This document shows positions 26,165 through 39,562 of a DNA stretch of 64,000 nucleotides, piece by piece (the first letter of the stretch is position 1; each line of letters starts with the position of its first letter). The stretch is from positions 52,514,001 through 52,578,000 of the forward strand of contig NC_043009.1 in assembly GCF_006345805.1 (NCBI RefSeq), written 5' to 3'. The notes beneath the pieces are model-generated. The model ran no database searches, was not told the DNA's origin, and saw nothing but the letters and a program-made list of their open reading frames with translations. The DNA is from Octopus sinensis (taxonomy: Eukaryota). A program made the translations under genes and the position numbers.

Positions 26165-26925
26165 TGGCACAAGGTCAGCAATTTCGGTGGAGTGGGTAAG
26201 TCGGTTACATCGTCCCCAGGGTTCAACTAGAACTTATTTTATGGATTCTGAAGGGATAAAGGCAAAGCCGACCCCGGCGAAATTTGAACTCTGAACGTGA
26301 ATGCTAACGATTGCCTTAGACTAGCTTAATATTTATTTTCTTTACTACCCACGAGGGGCTAAACACAGAGGGGACAAACAAGGACAGGCAAACGGATTAA
26401 GTCGATTACATCGATCCCAGTGCGTAACTGGTATTTAATTTATCGACCCCGAAAGGAAGAAAGGCAAAGTCGACCTCGACGGAATTCGAACTCTGAACGT
26501 AACGGCAGACGAAATACCTATTTCTATTTCTTTACTACTCACATGGGGCTAAACACAGAGGGGACAAACAAGGACAGACAAATGGATTAAGTCGATTACA
26601 TCGATCCCAGTGCATAACTGGTACTTAATTTATCGACCCCGAAAGGAAGAAAGGCAAAGTCGACCTCGACGGAATTTGAACTCTGAACGTGAATACTAAC
26701 GATTGCCTTAGACTAGCTTAATATTTATTTTCTTTACTACCTACAAGGGGCTAAACACAGAGGGGACAAACAAGGACAGGGAAACGGATTAAGTCGATTA
26801 CATCGATCCCAGTGCGTAACTGGTAATTAATTCATCGACCCCGAAAGGAAGATAGGCAGTCGACCTCGGCGGAATTTGAACGCTGAACGTGAATGCTAAC
26901 GATTGCCTTAGACTAGCTTAATATT
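26165..26925 (-). mobile_element. SINE family A tandem array with triplicated spacer
   Basis: Four SINE units; gaatRctaacgattgccttagactagcttaatatt recurs at about 26299, 26691 and 26891. Confidence 0.88.
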
Positions 26926-27352
26926 GAGAAGTGAAAAATCATCTTTAACAGGATTCGAATCAACATTGGATACATTGCTGTTTGCTTTTTTATTTACTTG
27001 AGATGTGGGATAGAAGACGAATTTGACTCTGAAGAAATTTTATCTGAGAACATAAAGAATTATATCAATATAAGTCAATGCATTTTATCTGGTCCTTTAC
27101 CGATTCTTCCTTTCATTGCAATTCATCCTCACTAATAAGGATTTCTAACATGGGCACAACCAAGGCCGCAAGTATTTTGGTGTGTGAAGGGCTAGTTTGA
27201 TCGTTTATTGTAACCTGATTATTAGGTTTCTCTACTTCATTCGAAAAAAAAAGGGACTGTGTAAATAACCTTTTCGCGGCGTCTCAGTACTATAGGATCA
27301 ATGCGATTGACATCACTCTTAAACAATTTCAAGTCGATGTTGCCAAAAAGAG

Positions 27353-27990
27353 GCATAGGTATGGTTCTCTGCTTATGAAAATGCTCGCTTTGCAGCAGGT
27401 GGTCGCGAGTTCAGTCTCACAGCACAGTGCGTTTGCTAAGTAACTTCTGCTATAGGCTTCGGCTGACCAAGTCTTGTGAGTGAATTTGGTATATGGAAAC
27501 TGGGTGGAAGCCCATTGTATATGGATATATATGTGTGCCTTTCTATCTGAGTTTGTCATTCACGCTGCGTGAAAAATGGTGTTGGTATGTTTGTCTCAAG
27601 TCTTGTGAGTAACTTTGGTATATGGAAACTGGGTGGAAGCCCATTGTATATGGATATATATGTGTGCCTTTCTATCTGAGTTTGTCATTCACGCTGCGTG
27701 AAAAATGGTGTTGGTATGTTTGTCTCAAGTCTTGTGAGTAACTTTGGTATATGGAAACTGGGTGGAAGCCCATTGTATATGGATATATATGTGTGTCTTT
27801 CTATCTGAGTTTGTCATTCACGCTGCGTGAAAATAGTATCGGTTTGTTTGTCTCAGTGGCTAAGTGATCTCGTAAAAGCAACCGATAGAATATTTACCAG
27901 ACTTAAAAAATAAATACTAGGGTCGATATACCCGACCCTTTCTTGATAGTGTCTCAGTATGGCTGCAGTCCATAACTGAAACAGGAAAAT
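27353..27990 (+). mobile_element. Degenerate SINE family B with internal 129-bp x3 tandem repeat
   Basis: Units start at 27468, 27597 and 27726. Confidence 0.8.
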
Positions 27991-28663
27991 GAAAATCAAA
28001 GGAGAATGTACAAATTGTTGAAGGTGGGAAAAGAACTCTGGATAAATAAATTTATTGGGAAGAAAGGACTGTGTATAAGGATTAATTGTGAGCTTCGGGA
28101 TACAATATGATTTATGAGAGAAGAGATAAAAGTGATGGGAGTGCTTAAGGTGACTTAGAAAAACTAGATCTGAAGAGTAGAGGCAACTTTAATAGGGGTA
28201 GAGAATATAGAGATAGAGATGAAGGAAAGAGAGGGAGAGAGAGAGGGGAGGATGTACTATATCTGAGGACTACGTGTTTTATCACCTCAACAAGGGCAAA
28301 AGGTAATATGATGCTTAGAGGAGTTTGAACACAAAACATAAAAAAAAGAGAATGGAACAGAATTTAACAACAAATTGTTCCGGATAGCTACCGACTTTGC
28401 TATCTACAGAAGAGCAATTAAGCAGGGCTACAACCAATGATACACCAGTCGTGACTCTCCCGTCTACGTAATAAATAGCTTAACTAATGCTAAATATTTG
28501 GTGGCTGTTCGCTCAGGTACAGCGATCGTGTACACGGCTCGTTAGCTATACGGTAGATCGCTAGAGAAGTGAGATAAAAAAAAACATAGCTAGACAGTTG
28601 AGGTAAAAGAAATATAATCATAAATTGATTTATGATGGGAATAGGTCGTAAGATAGATCTTAA

Positions 28664-28909
28664 CTTTTTAGCATCCAGATTATTCAATCAGAACATTGAT
28701 TTGAAAGGATCATGCTTTATCTCGTGGCTTCGAGATTTCGATGATGTGATTGTTTATTTTGAAAGTGACATTAGAGTGTAAGTGTGAGAGGCTGAATCTG
28801 GCCGCCTTCAATATAAAAGAAGTAAAATATGATGATCACTTATGACAAGTTTAAATATGAGACAGGCACGATATTTGAGCCAGATCTGGCCAGATTGAAA
28901 GCTAAATGG
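28664..28909. mobile_element. Degenerate TTAA-flanked MITE (piggyBac-like)
   Basis: ttaa|ctttttagcatcc ... gaaagctaaatgg|ttaa; imperfect TIR. Confidence 0.5.
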
Positions 28910-29758
28910 TTAAAGAAATATTTCGGGAAAATTATGGTTGCCGTTAACTTAACATCCGATTTAATACGACTTTATATGCTCAGTTATTGTGAGCGAAGGA
29001 GAGTAATAAGAATACTTGATGTGCAATGCATTACGTATGAATAAATAACGTAAGACAATAAGCAAGAAAGGAAAGAAGGAAGGAATAGATTGGTATCTCG
29101 AAATAGTTAAGAAATATTATTTCATGATAGAGCGTCTGCTATCAATCTAGACATCAATAACATAAGAAGTAAGTCTGAACGCAAAACGAGATTGGAGAAA
29201 AATATATTAAAAAAAAAATAATAAACGAAGCGATGACAGGCAAAACAAAATATGAAGATTTTTGTAGAGATCTTCAGAGAGATATGGAGAATATGAAAAT
29301 TTGAACAAAACACAGAGTTGATTTTGGAAAAGAGGTTTGAAAAGAGAAGCTAAGATAAATCTGGAGGTAGTATGATATCACAGAAAACAATTTAAAGCAT
29401 ATTAAAATTAAGACAATGAAGAAGCCTTCACTCGGTAAATAATATGCTGGAAATAGCAGACAAACTTGTATGTGCATAGAGAAGTGTATACATGTATATG
29501 CATGTGAATACACATGTAGTAGTCTTCTATGTACTACATATTCCAGTCATTGGGCAATGTTCATCATTCAGAGACACTGGCTTTATTCGAACAAATCAGC
29601 CTCAGTATTTTTTTTAAAGACTGATACTTATTTCATCGGTCATTTTGGTCAAACTGCTGCTACTTACGAAGAATTAAGCAAATCAGCCCAGGTGTCAAAT
29701 GATGAACGGCAAACACAAAGATGCACATATATCCATACGTGTATATATATATATATAT

Positions 29759-30013
29759 TAGAAGAAATGAGGTACTCAGAAATTTTGATGGTTTTATATT
29801 TACATATATTTATTAGTATGTTACATGTTTTTATAAATCATATATCATATATTAGCGCTTTCCTCCACTCTAGTGGAATCTGCAAATTGAAGACTCCACT
29901 AGAGTGAACGAAAGCGCTAATATATGATATATGATTTATAAAAACATGTAACATACTAATAGATATATGTAAATATAAAACCATCCAGATTTCTGTGTAC
30001 CCCATTTCTTCTA
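29759..30013. repeat. Fold-back element (127-bp arms, 1-nt centre) with hammerhead-like motifs in both arms
   Basis: Centre at 29886. Plus: TTGAAGA-ctccactagagtgaac-GAAA-gcgc-TA (29887-29919). Minus: TTGCAGA-ttccactagagtggag-GAAA-gcgc-TA. Flanked by (TA)n. Confidence 0.92.
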
Positions 30014-30120
30014 TATATAATACCTGTACATCATCTCCAAACCTTCTAATATATATGTATGTATATATATATATATAATATATATATTATATATATGTAT
30101 GTATGTATGTATGTGTATAT

Positions 30121-30165
<45 letters not shown>

Positions 30166-30166
30166 G

Positions 30167-30211
<45 letters not shown>

Positions 30212-30212
30212 G

Positions 30213-30260
<48 letters not shown>

Positions 30261-30397
30261 TGTATGTATGTATATATGTATGTATGTATGTATAGATAGA
30301 TAGATAGATAGATAGATACACGCACACACACATACACACACACACACACACAATGGATTTCCTCGTAGCTAACCAAATCCATTTACAAATCACTGGG

Positions 30398-30990
30398 CAG
30401 CCCGGGGTTTGCTTTTTACAAATTTGAATTTATAAATATATACACGTGACTAAAATTATCTATACATTGTAATTGGCTGAAATTGATGGGTGGGCTTTGT
30501 GGCTGAATTGGGTGCGTACAGAGCCATGTAAACATTGATGTCGTGTTTGGCCTATCGTTTTTCAGTCAATTTTGTAGGTTTAGTCGCTTTAAATTAAGCA
30601 TATATTATTAAATAATATATAATTATAGTAGTTATTAAAAAGGACCTATGTGTGTCGCTCTTTTCTGTAATTTACAGCCCTCGGGTTTGTTTACAAATTT
30701 ATAAATGTATATAATAGACTAAAATTACCTATACATTAAAATTGGCTAAAATTGATGAATGGGCTATGTGGCTGAATTGGGTGCGTATGGAGCCATGTAA
30801 GCAATGATGTGTTCAATTCCTTGTGGTTCGGCCCAGCCTGATTCGGACAATTGTTTAGTTTTAGTCGCTTTAAATGGAGCATATATTATTAAAGAATATA
30901 TAATTACAGTTATTCTTAAAATGGACCTATGTGTGTCGCTCTTCTCCGTAATTTACAGTCTTCGGGTTCGTTTACAAATTTATAAATATA
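30398..30990. repeat. Diverged tandem repeat, about 280-bp unit x2.1
   Basis: gtggctgaattgggtgcgta and ggacctatgtgtgtcgctc each occur twice, about 270-280 bp apart. Confidence 0.85.
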
Positions 30991-31596
30991 CGTATGTATA
31001 TGTATTGTAAGATATACGCATAATGACTACTGCATAATGGGAAATTATACCATACAGAATTAAAAGAACACAGCCACTTGAAAAAATGCAATTCATAAAC
31101 GCACTGGTTGCATCTATTTGCATGCAATTCTATGTCGGAACTTACATGCAAGTTTATGTATGTTCATGCTTATATTCATTTGCACACCTATGCATATGTA
31201 AGTGCACACACTTGACTGCACTCATACATATGCATTCAAATTTCCATGTACGCGCCTGTGCATATATGTGAATCTGGGTTTGTGCGCACATGCGTGTTTT
31301 CGTGTGTGTGTGTGTGTGTTGTTACATATGTATATTGTATGCATTTACATGAAGCGAATACTCATTTATTCACACAAATGGATATGTAAGTATTCATTGA
31401 TCCGTATTTTTCCATATTTCTATATACATGCATATACACATAAATACACACATAAACACACGCATACGCACACATCTTTACAGATATGCACATGTATATG
31501 TATATTAATGCACACATACAGATATGCATATATTCATTTATAACTAAATATCCAAATCATTTTCCAAATCCATAATCGTATGTATATGTATATATA

Positions 31597-31662
<66 letters not shown>

Positions 31663-31737
31663 CACCCCACACACACACACACACACACTATATATATATA
31701 TCTATATATATACACACACACACACACACACATATAT

Positions 31738-31911
<174 letters not shown>

Positions 31912-32434
31912 CATACTACCGACTTACATGGGTACATATGAATACACAAGTACATAAATACCTACTTTCATACATATATGTTTGGTTGTATGTAAGGGTG
32001 CACTATGTATGTATAAATGTATGTGTGCTTATGCGTTTGCGGGAATGTATGTATATACCTATGTACGTATGTACGTGTGCATGTATGTATACATTTATGT
32101 ATATATATATATATATATGAATGTATGTAAGTATGTGTGTTTATGTGTGTGTGAATGTATGTATTTATGAATGTATGTATTTATGAATGCATGTATGCAT
32201 GTATGTATATAGAGGTGTGAATGTGTGCATATATGAATGTATAGGATTATATACCGTATTTCATGATACAAGATATGCATAGGCACATTAGACGCTCCTC
32301 AATTTCATTAGTGCATATTCAGAAAGGCGTCAGAGAGAAATTTCGTTTCTGAGAGTCTCAACTTAGCATATAACACCCGGGGAGATTTTTCTGAAATATT
32401 TCTTTATAACATAGGGCGTCTATTACAGGATATA

Positions 32435-32715
32435 CGTGATCTGATCAATAAGTATCCGGAATATTGCCATAGTAACGAAGCTAAAGCACGCAGAGTGAAG
32501 CTGCTTGGCATAGATTGACCTTGTACTTGGCTGTGCATGCACACTAAGTTTTAACGCTCTGGCTCACTTCTGCTCTCTTTACAGCAGCACTTGGAAGGCA
32601 GGTGTGGAGCGTGCGATGGTCGCATTGACCATGACAGAGAAAGTTGAGCAGGAAATCTGCATCATATTTTGCCAAACGCTTGGCGATACCAACTCAGAGG
32701 CCTACGCAAATTTTT
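32435..32715 (+). mobile_element. mariner 5' fragment (TIR plus transposase N-terminus)
   Basis: TA|cgtgatctgatcaataagtatccgga; MTEKVEQEICIIFCQTLGDTNSEAYA. Confidence 0.7.
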
Positions 32716-32791
32716 CAGGAAGTTTTCATTGTTCTCAACACACTCAAGGAGATCTTGTGCAAATAAAACCCGAGAATGGTGATGATGATGT

Positions 32792-32858
<67 letters not shown>

Positions 32859-32886
32859 ATTATTATTATTATTGTTGTTGTTGTTG

Positions 32887-32924
<38 letters not shown>

Positions 32925-32926
<2 letters not shown>

Positions 32927-33112
32927 GAAATTAGAATATAGTGCCCAATAGAACTGTTACAAACGGTTTGTCTCCTTGACACGGCCAGAATAATCAGAAA
33001 CGTATTAGATAGCTGAAAGGAACGAATAGTACGGTAGGGTATGCTTCATGTAGCAAATCCGCTACGCCTGCAAGACTCCAGGAGCTCCAACAAAACCAGT
33101 GATAAAGAGAAA
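32925..33112 (+). mobile_element. R4/Dong-like non-LTR element 3' end
   Basis: ELLQTVCLLDTARIIRNVLDS*; 3' UTR gcaagactccaggagctccaa shared with 60248-60300; flanked by (TTA)n/(TAA)n. Confidence 0.75.
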
Positions 33113-33127
33113 TAATAATTATTATTT

Positions 33128-33572
<445 letters not shown>

Positions 33573-34583
33573 TCTTGCTGCCGTTACGGTATTCACAATT
33601 AAGAAGAATTTGGAGTTTAGTCTGTTTCTAATAGTTGAATGTGGTATTTATTTTAATGAGGAAATTCAACATAAGAATCCATTGATCAGATAAGACGTTG
33701 ACATCAACCACAATTACCATGATAATACACGTGCTGCTCATCTCCACCACCGTAAGTTTATTGCAGCATTTTATCATAATCTTTCTTTATTTTCTTGTTC
33801 TGTTGTTCCACCAGGCAAATGTAGGCTTTTACCGATCAGTCAAGCGGCTGTTTTTTAATGGTTTTCCAGGGCTTAGATCTTAACTGATTTTTAAGAGCCC
33901 TGGGTCGCTTCTAAACGAAATAGCAAGAACGGGTCACATATATCACATGCATATCTCTTTTACTTTCGTTTTCTCTTTCATTCTGTCTTACTCTCAAACT
34001 AGTTAGTTATTAGTTAGAAACTGAGTTGGTTGTCTATTTAATTCTTCTTTCAAGATGTAAGGACGGTAGGAATGAAAAACAACCATAAAAATAAATACGT
34101 CAATAAAAACAACAATAGTAATAAAAATAATCAGAGTTACGTGAAGTAATTGTCGATGAGAGATTGGTTAAATAATCCCATTTGATAGTTTAATCAATTC
34201 TAGAGCGGAAACAATCAAATAAATACGATCAAAGACATACAAAATAAAATATAATGGTAACAAAATACAAGTGGGAAAACGGACATAAAGCAGACGAGAA
34301 GAAGAAAAGAATAAAGCAGAGAAAGAGGTAAAAGTTTTACAAGATTAACATACCCAACTTTATTGCTTTTCATTTGCATAAAACTTCCTTTTACTATTGC
34401 ATCCCTTCCGTTCGATTAATTCCTTTATTTCTTCTTATTGCCTATCTTAACCCTTCTTCTCTCATTCTCATTCTCAGACTCTCTGTTTGTTTGTCTGTCT
34501 CTCTTTGCCTCTCTTTGCCTCTCTTTGTCTCACACACTCTCTCTCTCTCTTCCTCATTCATTCGCTTTTCTCTCTCTCTCTCC

Positions 34584-34640
<57 letters not shown>

Positions 34641-35166
34641 TCTATCTATCTCGCACATACCCGCTCCCACACATACAAGCATTCATTTATGTATATAGAA
34701 TCCCCGTATGAAAGTGTGTATGCAAATGTATTGGCGGCAGCGCTGACGACGTTTCCTTATTATCAAAACTATTTCCGAGATTTCTGAGTTGGTTAGTGTG
34801 AACAAAGAATCACAAGCTCAACCCTAGATTCCTTTGACATGAAAGTACTTGTATACATGGCACAATTATATTGATACAATAGACGACTTTTCCGATTGGA
34901 ATGAGTAGCAAGTTTCTCAGCCTAGATTACCCGGTTTGGTGTCATATTTCAGAACATGAGGGGCGAAAATACGTCATTTGGTGGGATTATACTTCCTAAG
35001 TGAATTATAAACTGAGAGCGCAAAAAGCCTGAACAGATCGTTTTAATAAGTTAATTGGTTCGTCAAAGTTCTATTGTCAATGCGCGTGACATTATCGATG
35101 TCTTGACGTTATTTTCTGTCCCCTGCACTAAAAGTGCATCTTATATTAGTTTCACATACTAATAAT

Positions 35167-35928
35167 GGATCTTTACTGTTCGGTTGCACTCTTTGAAATT
35201 TTAAAATTAAGCGAAAATTTCCAAATTTTTATTGATGTAATTTTTTACGCTTAATCTCGGGACCTAATTCACTTGTTCCAGATTTTTGGGTTTTTAAAGT
35301 TACAGAGGTTTAAAGTTTGATCGCTGTAACCCAGTTAGAAAACAGAATTTCGAAGCTATCATTCTGTGCGTGACTGCACGTATTGTCAACATTGCAATGA
35401 TAGCACGCGTTTTAGTATCAAACTGTAAACAAATGAAGCACTAGTGGAATTCTGCTTTACGCTCACCATGAATTCTTTTATTTTTTGAATTTTTAGAAAA
35501 TATTTGTGAATTTGTATTTGACACAAGAGAATTTATGCGATTATGCAAAAGTCAAAACAGAAATTTTGGTGCGTGAAAGCCTATTTAGCTGTTATTTTTA
35601 GCGCATATCATGACCACCTCCTTTGTTTTGATAATTTGATACGCACGAAATGACCACAGGGCTGGACAGGACAGCAACAAACAGGGAAGCAGATTGGTAA
35701 CAGCTTGGCTTGTTACTATGGAAAGAGACACCTGTATGTCTGTGACTTTCGATTGGCTAAAATTACCAAAAATTTGCAAACTTTAAAAGCTATTAACTCT
35801 CTATTGATTTTTGGCGAAAATGAATTTCATGTCAATAATTACCATACAAAACTACATCGATACACTAAATATGAAATCAACTGGGAGTTGAAAAATTTGA
35901 AAAGTAACATCCAAACAGTAAAGACTCC
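35167..35928. mobile_element. Non-autonomous TIR DNA transposon with 4-bp TSD (possibly Sola-like)
   Basis: TAAT|ggatctttactgttcggttg...catccaaacagtaaagactcc|TAAT; imperfect TIR of about 40 bp. Confidence 0.65.
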
Positions 35929-36784
35929 TAATGATTCCATCTTAACTTTAGTATTTATGTTTTAGTTTTTTTATTTCTATATGGGATGTTTTAATTTGGG
36001 TTGTGTTATTGTATGTACTTATGAATTTCGTGGTCAGTGTTGGTATAGCTCATGTGTGAATGTGTGGATGTCCCTGTGCGTGCGGTATTGTCCGTTGTTT
36101 ACTCATGTTCATTCGTTAATCTTGCATAAAACAATAGGGTATCTTCTCACGTTTGAGACGAATTTTAGTAAAATCAAAATATCAATGAACTCCTATTTTT
36201 ACTGCATTTCCTGATTGATTTGATATTTCGTATTTCTTATAGTTATTCATACGCGAGTCTTTGATTTTCCTCAAATCCCTCTGAGAAAAAGGTCGTAAAA
36301 ATAGTCAATGCGAATGATTTTTCTGTTTTAAATAACGTCTTCCTTAAACAACACTTAAAACTGCGAATTTAATTCCACTGAAACATATAAACTTTCAAAC
36401 AGAGCTGTTTATGCTTCGTATTTCACAGTTTTATGAAACATTATTGTTCTCTATCATTTCTGAAAATTTATTTCGTGTTTCATGTACGAAAGATTTCGAA
36501 CGATAATAATTTTCGTAAACAGTTCGTTGAATAGCAAAGATAAATATTTATGAGAGTAATTCCCCTTGATTAACTGATGACTATAAATAAACATACCATT
36601 AGACTATCTAAAGATTCCTTTTATCAAAACAATCTATTAATATTTCTCATCTTTTATAACAATTTATTTTTTATGAGCACTTCATACTTCTTCTAAACAT
36701 GCAGAGAAAAAGAAAAATATACACATGAATTAAGATTTTCCTTTGTAAGGAATGTCTTCTTAAAATACAGTTACGGCTTTACAA

Positions 36785-37681
36785 AAGAGGTGGTTTCAAC
36801 AAGTTCGCAGACTAGTTCCGTAACGTGCTAACAGATGGCAGCACACAGCTGAGTGCGCAGTGAGAACTAGCAGTAATCTTCATTGCCGAGTGACATCGCT
36901 ATGTTTACTTTGCAACTTATGAAATTTGTGTTTTTGTGATCACATGTATGCTGTAGTCTGCGATTTTTTTGTCATGGACAGGAAATTGGATCAAAGAGCC
37001 AACGTGAAATTTTGCGTTAAACTTCGGAAGTCTGCTACAGGAATATCAAACATGTTTCGGCAAGCTTACAGCGACGAGGCAAGGAGTCGTACGCAATGTT
37101 TCGAATGGGCCCGGGCGCTTCGAAAGCAGAAGAACGTCCCTCGAAGACGATGAGCGATCAGGAAGACCTCCCACAAGAATCATCCCTAGAAATGTGGTAT
37201 TGCCCATCGAGAATTCGTCCCCCGGGCCTAGACCTTTAATCGAGAATTCTACTGCGACGTTGGAAGCGTTTGAGGGAAAAATTCTGCGAAAGCGGATTCA
37301 CTAAGGAGTGCGAAGAATTGGATTCTTCACTGAGCTCTCCTCACTCATGAGTTTCTGGCCAAAAACAACATGGAATCGACTCCGCATACACCCTATTAAC
37401 CAAATTTAGCACCTGCGGCTTCTATCTCTTCCCCAAGAGGAAAATGCAGCTCAAAGGTCGTTGTTTTAACACCGTTGTCGAGTTCCAGAGCGAATCGAAG
37501 AAGAACTTCGACTCGCAGAAAAGGACTTCCAGGCCCGATTCCAAAAGCGGCAGGAACGCTGGGACGGGTGTATAGCTGCGCAAGGTGACTATTTTGAAGG
37601 AGATGGTGTCAAAACTTAAGTAAATAAATTATTTTTTTATTAAGCATAACTAGCCCTGGAACATTTTGATACCATCGCGTA
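36785..37681 (+). mobile_element. Internally deleted mariner element
   Basis: MDRKLDQRANVKFCVKLRKSA...EDDERSGRP; GIAHREFVP; HTPY*PNLAP (cf. YSPDLAP); RWDGCIAAQGDYFEGD; degenerate TIRs at both ends. Confidence 0.9.
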
Positions 37682-38132
37682 TGCATAATTGTTCTTTCGC
37701 ACAAACGTTCTTGTCCACCTGTTCAGTTCGCTGGAGACTGCTATAGTGGCAGTGAGAGAGAAAGAGAAAAAGGAACTGGGAAAGAAAGAGAAGTACAGAG
37801 AGAGGGAGAGAGAGAGATAAGAAGAAAAACTGTATGTGCTTCAGGGTAGAAAGTCACTTCTAAGATTTAGCTTCTTTTTATATACCAGAATACTAGTTTA
37901 AAGTTGGAAAATTCTTCTTGGAGAATGAAAATGGAGAGGAGGGAGAGTATTTTTAAAAGATTAACCGCTTGACTATCTCGTTTTGCTAAGCAACTGCATG
38001 TTCTTAACCTTCTTTCTTTCTATTGAATTCGTTCTCTGCCATCCTGCTTTATTCTTTCCTAATATTTCTCCAAAGCCCCAGAAGTTCATTTTATACATGC
38101 AATATGATATCACATTGCAGTTCTTTACTCCA

Positions 38133-38160
38133 CTGAAGATTCAAAGAAGAAACTGCAGTT
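38133..38160 (+). ncRNA. Hammerhead core with poor helix I (candidate)
   Basis: CTGAAGA-ttc aaa gaa-GAAA-ctgcag-TT; palindromic ACTGCAGT helix III. Confidence 0.35.
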
Positions 38161-38628
38161 TTAAGAGATTCACACAGCCACACATACACAGACACGCACA
38201 CACACACATACACACACGTGCACGCATACACGCACGCACTCACACATATGCACACACACACGCACGCACATGTTTTATGTTCTTTGTCTATCTACTCTTT
38301 GTGGTTTTGGATAAAAAGAAAATTATACAAATGAATCTTTCGAATTTAACTAAATTCTATATTTTTATGCAGCTGAAGATTGCTCTACATTTTAAATTGA
38401 TGTAATGTTTGCATTGTTCAATTAAATGGGGTCACATGAAACGATCGTACTGCATTATCTCTGGATATCCTTGTTGCTTATTTTGATTATAATCACCCCA
38501 TTTTGAATTATATGGAGAATGCCATACTAAATTCTGGTGCCTTTAACTTAAGTCCCATATTCATCTGAATCTAAATTTTACTGAACTTATATATATATAT
38601 TATTTAATAGACACAATATATGATTTCA

Positions 38629-38685
38629 TGTGCTACTAATAGTTTCATTTGTTGAGAAATACCTCAAACATAATCATCAGGTACA
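38629..38685 (-). ncRNA. Type I hammerhead ribozyme motif (canonical core)
   Basis: tgtac-CTGATGA-ttatgtttgag gtattt ctcaacaaat-GAAA-ctattag-TA-gcaca. Helix I pairs 4 of 5; GUA site; about 30 nt from a (TA)n tract. Confidence 0.62.
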
Positions 38686-38870
38686 AGCCACATGTAACGA
38701 ACTAAAAATTAAATTAGAGAAGAAATACGAAGGAAGTATATAGAAAGCGTGGAATGTTAAAAAACAGAAAACTAAAAAGTAACATTTAAAGAGTAAAAAT
38801 AGTAAATGAGCCATCTTCCTTAGACCTTGAATTATAAGGCTGGAAAGATATCAGCAACTTAATCAGATAT

Positions 38871-39100
38871 AGGCGAGCTGGCAGAAACGTTAGCATGCCG
38901 GGCGAAATGCGCAGCCGTATTTCGTCTGCCGTTACGTTCTGAGTTCAAATTCCGCCGAGGTCGACTTTACCTTTCATCCTTTCGGGGTCGATTAAATAAG
39001 TATCAGTTACGCGCTGGGGTCGATATAATCGACTTAATCCGTTTGTCTGTCCTTGTTTGTTCTCTCTGTGTTTAGCCCCTTGTGGGTAGTAAAGAAAAAG
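38871..39100 (+). mobile_element. SINE family A
   Basis: Full monomer. Confidence 0.9.
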
Positions 39101-39341
39101 GTATAGGCAGAATATTCCAATTCTTCAAAACCTGCTTCGACATACGTTCACAACCTAGAGTTCTGTACAGAGTTTGAGATCTTAGATCCGAAAAGGATCT
39201 GATCTCTTTCAGCTAAACATATCTTAAATTTATTTGATTCATTAACATAAGATGTAGATTTTTCAGTTCTTTTCCACTTTATCACGTGGTGTTGCGTTAG
39301 ATTTCAAACTCCATATGTGCTTTTGTCCTTATATTGGAAAG

Positions 39342-39518
39342 AGGCTGCGCAGGAGTGGCTGTGTAGTAAGTAGCTTCCTTACCAACCACATGGTTCCGGC
39401 TTCAGTCCCACTGCGTGGCACCTTGAGCAAGTGTCTTCAAATACAGCCGACCAAAGCCTTGTGAGTGGATTTGGTAGACGGAGGCTGAAAGAAGCCCGTC
39501 GTATATATGTATATGTAG

Positions 39519-39562
<44 letters not shown>

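Noticed and set aside
22689-27855. Repeat-spacer-like arrays suggestive of CRISPR
   Set aside because: Units are SINE copies or tandem duplications; no unique spacers or cas genes; eukaryotic context.
28380-28580. CpG-richer stretch with CCAAT and a possible donor site
   Set aside because: Such motifs are common by chance and there is no linked exon.
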